NCBI GenBank assembly: GCA_951406725.2
Contig: OX597836.1
Coordinates: 22,816,001-22,880,000 of the forward strand
Direction of reading: 5' to 3'
Length of the DNA stretch: 64,000 nucleotides
Source of the DNA: Octopus vulgaris
Lineage: Eukaryota
The notes beneath the pieces are model-generated. The model saw only the letters and a list, made by a program, of their open reading frames with translations. It did no database searches and was not told the DNA's origin. Position numbers and translations under genes: made by a program. Each line of letters starts with the position of its first letter. The first letter of the stretch is position 1. Positions 12,546 to 24,826 of this stretch are shown here, in pieces.

Positions 12546-15500
12546 CCACAGATGAGATCCACAGATTCTCAGTATGGAAGACACTTAGTAGTGCTCAAAA
12601 GATTCAAACCTATATTCCAATATTTTCTCTTATTCTGCATGTATAAATACATACATATTTTGTCTTTCATACCCAAACTATTACATGGGGTGCTTTTAAG
12701 TGCCATCAACACAGGTGCCGTGATTGCAATTTTGCTTCACTTAATGGGTCTTCTTCTCAAGTACAACATAATGCCAAAGGTCTCGGTCATTGCTTCCTTG
12801 AGGCCTAACACGCAAAAGGAACTCAGCCACTTTGACTCTGTGAGGCCCAATGCTCAGAAGGAACTCAGCCACTTTGCCTCTGTGAGGTCCAATGATCAAA
12901 AGGAACTCAGTCATTTTGCCTCTGTGAGGCCCAATGCTCAAAAGGAACTCATCTACTTTGCCTCAGTAAGGCCCAATGCTCAGAAGGAACTCAGCCACTT
13001 TGCCTCTGTGAGGCCCAATGCTCAAAAGGAACTCAGCCATTTTGCCTCAGTGAGGCCCAATGCTCAGAAAGAACTCAGCCACTTTGCTTCTGTGAGGTCC
13101 AATGCTCAAAAGGAACTCAGTCATTTTGCCTCTGTGAGGCCCAATGCTCAAAAGGAACTCATCTACTTTGACTCTGTGAGGCCCAATGCTTAAAAGGAAC
13201 TCAACCATTTTGCCTCAGTGAGGCCCAATGCTCAAAAGGAACTCAGCCACTTTGCCTCTGTGAGGCCCAGTGCTCAGAAGGAACTCAGCCACTTTGCCAC
13301 CATGAGGCCTGACACTCAAAAAGGGTTCTTTACATGTCACCAGCACGGGTGTGCTTGGCTTGACAGGTCCTCTCAAGCACAACACATCACTAAAGGTCTT
13401 GGTTACTAGTCATTGCCTCTGGGAGGCTCAAAATTCAAAGATCATGCTTCACAACCTCATTCCATGTCTTCCTGGGTCTACTTCTACTACAGGTTCCCTC
13501 CACATAGACGTCGGCACTTCTCTACACAGTTGCCCTCATCCATACGCATCACATGACCATACCAGTGCAGTCACCTCTCTTGCACACCACATCTGATGCC
13601 TCTTATGCCTAACTTTTCTCTCAAGACGCTTACACTCTTTCGAACATGCACACTGACATTGCACATCCAGTGAAGCATACTGGCTTCATTTCTTTCAAGC
13701 TTACACATGTTCTCAGCTGTCACAGACCATGCTTCACTACCATGCAGCATAGCTGTTCACACATATGCATCAAGCAATCTGCTTTTCACTCTGAGAGAGA
13801 AGCTATTTGTTGCCAGCACGGGGAGGAGCTCTCTGAACTTTGCCCAGCCTAATCATATTCTCAGAGCTACACTCTTGGAGCATTCACCTCTACTACTAAC
13901 TTCGTGTCCTAGATAACAGAAGCTATCTACTACCTCTAGCTTTTCCCCCTGGCAGTTGATGGAGTCTATTTTCTGTACATTTTCAGTGTTTATTGTACCT
14001 GTGGATCTTCCACGTACAAAAGCTATTTTCCCTGTCAAACTTCCTCTGATATTGCTACACCTTTTATGTGTCCAAAGCTTACACTGGGTGCATCTTATGG
14101 AGTTTCTACCTATGCCTTTTCAAAAGTAATTTGTCCGGCTTCCCACTTACTAAGACTTATCCAAATAGTTTGGTAAATAAGCAACTTTATTATATTTTAT
14201 TTAGTAAATTATTATGGATTTGAACAAACTGGGTTTCGTAACTTTAATAATATCTGAAAAAAAAAGGGGCTAAGCAATCAAGCAAGCAAACAAATAAATA
14301 TGGTAAAACTGAAGCAACTAATTTTTTGGTGATATGTTGAAAGTTGGTGGGAGATAATGGTAGTGGAGAACAACAGCAACAAGAAGATCAACTTACCATC
14401 TACAGTACTCTCTTAAATGCATGTTTGTTGAATTTAAGTCCAAGACCATCTCATGAAGCTGATACATCTGTAAAGGACAGTGAGAGAGAGAGAGAGGGGA
14501 GTAAGTGTTAATGGTTGAGAGAGAGAGAGGGTTAACTAGATTCAAGACATCTTCATCATTGTTTTAACATCTGCTTTGGTATGCTTGTACGGGTCAGACG
14601 AAAGTATGTTGGGGCATTGGGACAGAATTCACAACAGTCAGATGCCCTTCCAATTGTCAACTATCACTTGGTTCCAGGCAACAAAGAGCCTGGACATAGT
14701 TTAAGCAGAGAACTGGAAATCTAGTGTCACATGGGCCAATGAAGGAGGTTGTTCATTCTGTCCCATACAACAGCCAAATCTCTCTCACACCACACTCTGT
14801 TATCTTAGTACAAGAAAGACACATTAGAAAATGTTTATTTGCTTCTATCTGTCACTGTTCATCTTTCTCTATAAAGTTGATACCTTTTCATAAGCTTTAC
14901 AACAAACCTGATGGGACAGATCTGTGAAGATGCCATCACTTAAACATCCAAAATGTGTTTCTCTATAATTTTAATGAAAGGATTTTTCTGCCAACATCAT
15001 AACTCAACCTGCCAAAAATTTCAGTAGCTGTTTATGAAAATCATCCTAACTTGAGAAAAGAAATGTTGAGGTTCAAATTGAGCTTACATGTGTTTTTGGT
15101 TGCAATTCACTTTGCATGTATGTATATAGGGTTGACAAAAGGTCTCTTCTTAAGTTGAAAGGTAGATTGTGTGATGCATGTATATAAACAGCAATGCAAC
15201 ATGCTTGTGAAACTTGGACTGTGAATAAAGAGGACAGCGAGGGCTTGAAAAAATGCAGAGGACCTTCATAACTTGTCCTAGCATGCTTCAATGGAGGTGC
15301 AAATGTGTCGTGAGTAAACGTGAGTATAAGAGACATTAGATATAACATGCAGGGAAAAGACAACATTGGTATCATAATGTATTGCTTGAGGAGACCTGTT
15401 GAGTCATGAACATGAACGTCGAAATAAATATCAATGGAAATAGTAGTTATGATGCCTGTGCCGGTGGCACATAAAAAGCACTATCCGAACATGGCCGATG

Positions 15501-18500
15501 CCAGCGCCGCCCCATCCGAACGTTGCCAGCGCCGCCTTGGCTGGCTTCCATGCCGCTGGCATGTTAAAAGCTCGAACCGATCGTGACCGATGCCAGACCC
15601 CCCCCTGGCACCTGTGCAGGTGGCACGTAAAAAGCACCCACTACACTCACGGAGTGGTTGGCGTTAGGAAGGGCATCAAGCTGTAGAAACTCTGCCAGAT
15701 TCAGACTGGAGCCTGGAGCAGCCCCTGGCTTCCCAGACCCCGGTCGAACCGTCCAACCCGTGCTAGCGTGGAAAACGGACGTTAAACGATGATGATGATG
15801 ATGATGAAGTGCTGATCACTAAACATAAGAAGAGCCTATAGAAATAGGAGACCCAGGATTTGTGAGATGAACTAGTGAACAATGACCTCAGATTGTTGAA
15901 CCTCTTGCAGAAGATGACAGAGGACTGAGCTGAATTGAGATATGCCATGCTTGAGAAGATACCCACCCTGCTCATCGTATCCCACCTACTACTGCTGCTT
16001 ATCACCTCCTCCTCCCTGACCTATTCTTATTTCCTGTCCTTCACTTCCCCTCCTCCAAACTGATATTTAGTGTTCAACTCAATCCTCATCTCTTACCATC
16101 AGTCACATTAGTTTCACTTGAGCACGCTTATCCCTCCCCCACCCCTCTTCTCTTCCTCTGTTCTATTTCTCTCATATATTCACTTTGCACCTTGACCTCA
16201 TCTCTTTCTCTCTCTCTCTCTCTCTTTCTCTCCCTCTCTTTCCAGAAAGAGAAGCCATGTATTCACTGTTTTTGCCCAGATATTATACCCAACTCATTTG
16301 AGGGGGGTAGGGAGAGGGGGGGAGGCTTGTCTTGCAGGTACTTCGTGACTTCACCACTACTGGTGCCACAAACAAAAAAAAGCATCTAGTAGAGTCTGAG
16401 AAGTGGTTGGCATTAAGAAGGGTATTCAGCTATAGAAACCATGATCAAGCAGACACTGAAACCTGGTGCAGTCCTTTGGTTCATCAGTTTCTGTCGAGCA
16501 AGCCAACCCATGCTAGCATGGAAAAAAGGAACATTAAATTATGGCAATGATGTAAGTAATGATGATGATGATGGTGGTGGTGGTGGTATGTGTGTGTTTT
16601 TGCAAGAAGCAATGTTGACACCAAAGACATGTAGCCTAGTGGTCAGGATGTTCAGCTCACAATTGCAGTATCATGAGTTCAATTCCTGGAAAAGTCAGTG
16701 CTTTGTGTCATGACAGAGCTATGCTCACTCAGAGCCAGCCAGGGGTTGAAGAACAATAACAAACAAAGAGTAAGTTAGTGATGGCATTTCTGCCAAACAA
16801 GATCTAATCTTACCTTGAGCAGGCTCTGTGGGGACAATAACTCATCGTCTATGACAATGATTCTTACTTCATCGGACTGTAGATTATCAGCCCTATATTC
16901 CTGTAGTTGGTTCCATCTTCTTATCCAAAAAGTATCTGTGCTAAACGACAACTCAGACTTTGGTATCCACTCTTGTCTCTTCTCACTCTCCTTCCGAAGC
17001 AACATGCCAAAGGACAAAAAAGTAAGCAATAAACCACTTATGATAAATACGTATGGCTTTCTGCCAGCGAAACAACCAAGTCTGGAACAGAAAAAGAAAA
17101 GAGAAAAGAACAAGGAAATATAAAGAAACTAGTTTGAATGGCAGAGACAAAAAGAGAAAGAGACAGAGAGAGACAGGGAGAGATAGAAAAAGAGGGGGAG
17201 AAAGAGAGAGGTAAAGGGAGGAAGATAGGGAGCTGCCCCAGAATTTGGCTAGTAAGCAAAGTGGGAATGAAGTACATTGCTCAAAAACACAACAGGTGTT
17301 CCTGGTCCAGGATTGAAAGTTACCACATCCCTATGTTGGTGAGCCCAATGTAACTTGTTCCTTGATTACATGCTTTCAATATACCTTATCTTTGAAGCCA
17401 TTGTCGACTAGAGCATTGTCAAAGTAGGGGGCTATTTATCAAATATTTCTCTACAAGGCGTAGGAGTGGCTGTGTGGTAAGTAGCTTGCTTACGAACCAC
17501 ATGGTTCCGGGTTCAGTCCCACTGCGTGGTACCTTGGGCAAGTGTCTTCTGCTATAGCCTTGGGCCGACCAAAGCCTTGTGAGTGGATTTGGTGGACAGA
17601 AACTGAAAGAAGCCTGTCGTATATATGTAGATATATATGTGTATGTTTGTGTGTTGTGTTTGTCCCTCTCCCCCAACATCGCTTGACAACCGATGCTGGT
17701 GTGTTTACGTCCCCTTAACTTAGCGGTTCGGCAAAAGAGACCGATAGAATAAGTACTAGGCTTACAAAGAATAAGTCCTGGGGTCAATTTCCTCGACTAA
17801 AGACGGTGCTCCAGCATGGCCACAGTCAAATGACTGAAACAAGTAAATGAATGAAATGAATGAAAAAAAGGGAGATTAGATATCCTATTATTAATGTTAG
17901 CTTTATATATGTGGGAGAGTGTCTCGTTTGGCTTATGGTACAGTTTATAAGAGTGGGAGTTTAGATCTTGGGAAACATCAAGAAAATTGACTTTCGACAG
18001 ATTAGTAGTAACAGTGATTTTGAGGCCTAATTAACTAAAAGTATCAATGAGATTTTTTTTCCTGAATTTATCAACAATGTGACCATCACAGCCATGAGAT
18101 ATTCCCAACCTATCATCTTGGTATAGACCAACACCATGGTATAGACCAACACATTGGATCACAGTGCATATAATATAGAGATCCACAAGGTCACAGATGA
18201 CTGCACTGTTATACTCATCAATACATAAAACAACTCATCTGTATCAGATATTTTAACCCATGGCAATTTTTAAAAATTTATTTATGCACCCTTTCCAGGC
18301 CTAGCCAGGCTCATGGGCCCCATTTCCTGGTTTCTGTGGCATATGTGTTCCCCCCAGCTGGACAGGACGCCAGTCCATCACAGCATTACTCAAGAAACAA
18401 GAAGAAAGAGCGAGAGAAAGTTGGGGCGAAAGAGTACAACAGGGGTCACCACTACCCCCTGCCGGAGCCTCGTGGAGCTTTTTAGGTGTTTTCGTTCAAT

Positions 18501-21500
18501 AAACACACACAACACCTGGTCTGGGAATTGAAACCATAAGTCCGCAGCCCTAATCACTGGGCTATTATGCCTCCACCCATGACAAGCCTTTACTAAATAA
18601 AATATTGGATAACATCGCTTAAGTGACAGTGACACCTATTTACAACCGGCGAGCTGGCAGAAACGTTAGCACACCGGGCGAAATGCATAGCCGTATTTCG
18701 TCGCCGTTATGTTCTGAGTTCAAATTCTGTCGAGATTGACTTTGCCTTTCATCCTTTTGGCGTCAATAAATTAAGTACCAGTTATGCACTGGGGTTGATA
18801 TAATCGACTTAATCCGTTTGTCTGTCCTTGTTTGTCCCCTCTGTGTTTAGCCCCTTGTGGGTAGTAAAGAAATATATTTACAACCATCATATGATGCCAA
18901 GACAAAGAAACATAAAAACTCACATTATTGTACATAACAGAGACTTCTTTCAGTTTCCATCTACGAAACCTACTCAAAGGTCTTTGGCTAGCCTGGGACA
19001 ATACTAGAAGACACTTGCTTAAAGTGCCACACAGCAAGCAAATAAAATGTGGCTGGGAAGAAAACTTCTTTCCACTGTGGGATGACGTCAGCAGCTGGGT
19101 GAGTTGACCGGAAGTTGGGGCTGACCGGAAGGGGGCAGCCGGCAGGCGCGCGCAGACCGGAAGAGGGCAGCTGGCAGGCGCGTGCAGACCGGTCATTTCG
19201 GCCTTTCCAACGAGGGTCGTCGAGGTGTGAAGACATCGCTAAGGTTTGGGTGCAGCAGCTGCTATCTTTAGTGTTCGGGTCGGGGCTGTGTCGAAGGAAC
19301 CGTTACCACTGAAGGGTCTCCATCACGAGGAAGCGAAGGATATGTGCCTTTATATTCGAATCGCGCACACACTACAACCACACAGTCATATCTGCACCTA
19401 TACACACACACACATGCAGAATATGGGGGGTTTAGTTCACTGGTGATCTAAACAAATACATATGCTGGGTAAGTGCTGTAAAGGGTTATCAGGGTTCCAA
19501 GCTCGTAACTGAGACGGGAGCTATGGATTCATTTTAGGTTTCTGATTTAGCAGATATATATTTGTGAAAGAGAATAAACACCGAGGAATAACAAGCATCT
19601 CAAGTCATATACATTATCTTATATCATTCTTAAATTAGATGAGGCCTTACAGCTGTTTCTGAGATATTGCAAGTGATCGGTGAGTATGCAGGAATATGGA
19701 GTATTCTTATTTCTTTATTGCCCACAAGGGGCTAAACATAGAGGGGACAAACAAGGACAGACAGAGGGATTAAGTCGATTAGATCGACCCCAGTGCGTAA
19801 CTGGTACTTAATTTATCGACCCCGAAAGGATGAAAGGCAAAGTCGACCTCGGCGGAATGTGAACTCAGAACGTAGCGGCAGACGAAATACGGCTACGCAT
19901 TTCGCCCGGCGTGCTAATGATTCTGCCAGTTCGCCGTATGGAGTATTCTGTCATCAGAGACAAGTAGAGAACACATGAAAGATCTAGACATGAAAAATTC
20001 ATAGATAGTAAGCAATGACATAGAAGAGTAGAGAGTAAGGAAAAAAGGAAATAAAGTTCACAGTTCCCTTTTCAGAGGGTATGGATGTTAGTCCGTATGT
20101 CCTTAGGTAAAATCCAAGGCAAATCCAGGCAGTATTGTTGCAAAGTATGAGTAGTGTGTTCTCAGCATTAATATCCAGGCAATATTTTGGCAGAAATGGG
20201 AATGGTGTATTTACATTGAGATAGCTGGCTTGTGAGAGAATGACCATAAAAGTGGCTACTGAGCAAAGTGGAGGGAGAAAGAGAAAGAAAGGGAAAGAGA
20301 GGCTAATGAGGAGAGAGAGAGAGAGGAATGGGGTAGCCTGTGGGGATAGAGAGAGGATGGACGGAAGCACTCCATCGGTTACGACAACGAGGGTTCCGGT
20401 TGATCCGATCAACGGAACAGCCTGCTCGTGAAATTAACGTGTAAGTGGCTGAGCACTCCACAGACACGTATACCCTTAACGTAGTTCTCGGGGATATTCA
20501 GCGTGACACAGAGAGTGACAAGGCCGGCCCTTTGAAATACAGGTACAACAGAAACAGGAAGTAAGAGTGAGAGAAAGTTGTGGTGAAAGAGTACAGCAGG
20601 GATCACCTCCATCCCCTGCCGGAGCCTCGTGGAGCTTTAGGTGTTTTCGCTCAATAAACACTCACAACGCCCGGTCTGGGAATCGAAACCACGATCCTAT
20701 GACCGCGAGTCCGCTGCCCTAACCACTGGGCCATTGCACCTCCACAGAGAGAGGAGGAAGGTAAGTGAAAGGGTAGTTATGTTATTATCCTTGTAGCAAT
20801 TATTACAATTGTAACTTTTGGTTGTTTTTATTTATCTTAGGTTTATGAGAAAACTTAGTATTAGTTTTTCTATTATTAGTTTGATTTAAAATGATCTTAG
20901 TTTTATTATCATTATCAATTCCTTGTTTATATGTATTTGGGTTACTAATTAGGTGTTTATTTTTAATTATATTATTATTTATGATGGGATTAAAAAGCTT
21001 ACTAGTTTTATTTTTTTGCTTGTAATTAGTTATGTTATCTTTATTAATGCTGTTAGGTTGACTGTATTTTATTTTATCTCTATATCCAGCATTTGCTAGA
21101 GCTATATCATAGAGGTTTGTATGTCTATTAAATATTTCTTCATTAGAAGATAAATAGGCTAGTCTTTTACTAATGTTAGAAGCTAATGCATTTTTAATTG
21201 CTTTGGGATGATTGCTTTAGAAGTTAATATAGCTTAAATTTGAATCAGGTTTTCTGAAAGGTTCATGTAATCCAGTTGATTGTTAGTTATTATTCAGGCA
21301 GTAATTATTAATTAAATTTAACTGATCTAAAAGGATCTATATCACTTTCTTCTTAGAGGTAATGGCTGATAAAAATTGTAAACATATTTACGTGTGTGCA
21401 TATATGTGTACATTTGTATGCATGTGTTTATATGTATATATGTGTGTGTATGTATCTGTGTGTGTGTTTCCATGTGAATATCTATAAATATATATGTGAG

Positions 21501-24500
21501 AGTGTGAGTATGTATGTTATATGTACACAGAAATGTTTATACCTATGTGAATACTGATCAATGCATTTATGCATATGTATGTGCATAAGTGTAAATATAA
21601 GTATGTGCGATGATATTTTGTGTATATATGATGATATATATACGGCAACATGGAGTAAGATAGGCAGGCCATTGTATAAAAAAACTACTAGGATAGCCTA
21701 TGGTGTGTCAGGGAAAAGAGTTCAATTCTTGGGCTGTGTATATATGATATGTATACAGCAACATGGAGTAAGATAGGCAGGCCATTGTATAAAAAAAAAA
21801 CTACTAGGATAGCCCATGGTGTGTCAGGGGAAAGAGTTCAATTCTTGGGCTGTGTATATATGATATGTATACAGCAACATGGAGTAAGATAGGCAGGCCA
21901 TTGTATAAAAAAAAACTACTAGGATAGCCTATGGTGTGTCAGGGAAAAGAGTTCAATTCTTGGGCTGTGTATATATGATATGTATACAGCAACATGGAGT
22001 AAGATAGGCAGGCCATTGTATAAAAAAAAAACTACTAGGATAGCCCATGGTGTGTCAGGGGAAAGAGTTCAATTCTTGGGCTGTGTATATATGATGATAT
22101 ATATACGGCAACATGGAGTAAGATAGGCAGGCCATTGTATAAAAAAAAACTACTAGGATAGCCCATGGTGTGTCAGGGGAAAGAGTTCAATTCTTGGGCG
22201 AAATTTCACCAGAAATAAAACTTAAAAACAGGATGCAGAAATGTAAATTAATGGTATCTAAGAATACAATGAATCTGTTCGGGACAGATTTAATGGAAGG
22301 ATTCGATCTGCGGGATCTATCACTGAATACATTATGTAACAAGGTGAATGCGTCACAGTTCGTGTCAGAGAAAGCATCAGAAAAAATGAAATTAAAATTG
22401 AAAAAGATGTACTCTGATATTTTTTCAAAAGAGCTCGGTATACTCTTTTACTTGTTTCAGTCATTTGACTGCGGCTATGCTGGAGCACCGCCTTTAGTCG
22501 AGCAAATCGACCCCGGGACTTATTCTTTGTAAGCCCAGTACTTATTCTATCGGTCTCTTTTGCCGAACCGCTAAGTGACGGGGACGTAAACACACCAGCA
22601 TTGGTTGTCAAGCAATGCTAGAGGGACAAACACAGACACACAAACATACACACACACATACATACATATATATATACATATATACGACAGGCTTCTTTCA
22701 GTTTCCGTCTACCAAATCCACTCACAAGGCTTTGGTCGGCCCGAGGCTATAGCAGAAGACACTTGCCCAAGATGTCACGCAGTGAGACTGAACCCGGAAC
22801 CATGTGGTTGGTTTGCAAGCTACTTACCACACAGCCACTCCTGCGCCTATATGTGTAAAAAAATTAAAGTAAAGTTTGAGTTGAAAGAAAAGGTCGTGCC
22901 GGCATTCAAACCAAAAAGGAATGTACCTTTTGCGGAGTTAAATCAAGTTGAGATGGAATTAAAAAGATTGGAAGACATGGAGGTAATTGAAAAAGAAAAC
23001 TACTCTGAGTGGGCGGCTCCTACGGTATATATAGGAAAGAAGAACGAGGTAAGAGTATGTGCGGACTTCTCAACTGGTCTTAATGATTGTCTAAAAAATT
23101 ACAATTATCCGCTTCCAAACCCAGAAGAAGTATTTGCTAAGTGCAATGGTGGGGAAATTTTTTCCAAGCTGGATTTGTCAGAGGTCTACCTCCAATTACT
23201 TATAGATGAAGAATGTGCTAAAGTATAAACAATCAATACTCATAAAGGTCTGTACAGTTTCAAAAGACTGTCATTTGGGGTAAAGGTTGCACCAGCAATA
23301 TTTCAGCAAGTGATGGACACTATGCTAACAGATTGTGAGTTCGCGGTCCCATACTTGGATGACATATTGATCAAAAGTGAATCAAGGATCTTTTCCTTTT
23401 CAACGGCAGATGTCAACACAATTTCTAGTTAACTAAACACTTTTAAACTTCGTATACTGGTAGAATGTGTTTATAAAACATCATGTTCTCTTGGTTTTAT
23501 TGAGAAAATTCTATAGTTTATAAGATATTTCGTCTGAAAATCCGAGCATTTCGGCAATTTTAACCAATCAATTACCTCCATTCAACTAAAATCATTTGCT
23601 GCGTCTAAAACTGAGACAACATCCTGTAACTAACCCTAAACCTCTCTAACCCTAACCCTAAATTTTTTTCTTAATTGTTAAATTAATTTAATTCCATTGC
23701 TTTAGTTTTTTACATGCGTAACAATTAAATTAATTTAACAATTAAGAAAAAAAAAATTAGAGTTAGGGTTAGTTACAGGATGTTGTCTCTTTTTTAGATG
23801 CAGCAAATGATTTTAGCTCAAAAGAGAGCATAGGATTGGTTAAAATTCGAAAAATTAAACTACGTTAAACAAACAAATTACAATTTTCTCAAGAAAGCCA
23901 AGAGAAAAAAATGTTTTATTTTGACACATTCCACCAGTATACGAAGTTTTAAAGTGTTTAGTTAACTAGAAATTGTCTGCCGTTCAAAAGGAAAAGATCC
24001 GAATCAAGGGTACTGAACCCAGAGACAAGTAGTTGGGAAGCAAGCTTAAGGCCACTTCAGGATCATCACCACCCACCACTCAAATTGTGGAGTCGTGCAA
24101 GTCTGGCTTGCCCATATAACAAGCAAACAGGTACCATCCTCACACTCACACATAATCTCTCTCCATCCACGTTTCATCATTCCTTTCTAGCCATGTTCAA
24201 TGACTGGCTCTCTCTCAACAATTGCCTGGATTTCTTTCAAGATGACATTTGCTTGATGGTGATCGGTGCCAACTGATGGTAGCCACTGTCTTGGCCAGGT
24301 CCCAATAAAACCTCTATATCCAATTCCTATAGGAAAGAGTGCTGCATGTGCTCCAACCAGCATCTTTGCAGTCTTGTAATGACATCGCATAAGGCTCATC
24401 TTTCCTAACCTGAGCAGCATCTATATGGTCCTCATGTGGAACAGTTAATTAAACAAGTTAAACACCAAAAATATGTCACCTAGGCGCAGGAGTGGCTGTG

Positions 24501-24715
24501 TGGTAAGTAGCTTGCTAACCAACCACATGGTTCTGGGTTCAGTCCCACTGCGTGGCACCTCGGGCAAGTGTCTTCTGCTATAGCCCCGGGCCGACCAATG
24601 CCTTGTGAGTGGATTTGGTAGACAGAAACTGAAAGAAGCCTGTCGTATATATGTATATATACAAAAAACAATATATATATATATATATACAAAAAACAAA
24701 AAAAAGCCTGTCGTA

Positions 24716-24757
<42 letters not shown>

Positions 24758-24786
24758 AAAAACAAAAAAAAGCCTGTCGTATATAT

Positions 24787-24826
<40 letters not shown>

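Noticed and set aside
12552-13193. 213-aa ORF with 14-aa repeats
   Set aside because: Translation of a 42-bp minisatellite antisense to a LINE fragment; a stop codon occurs in a later unit.
17456-17530. tRNA gene calls for SINE heads
   Set aside because: A/B-box-like motifs only, no cloverleaf, always fused to SINE bodies.
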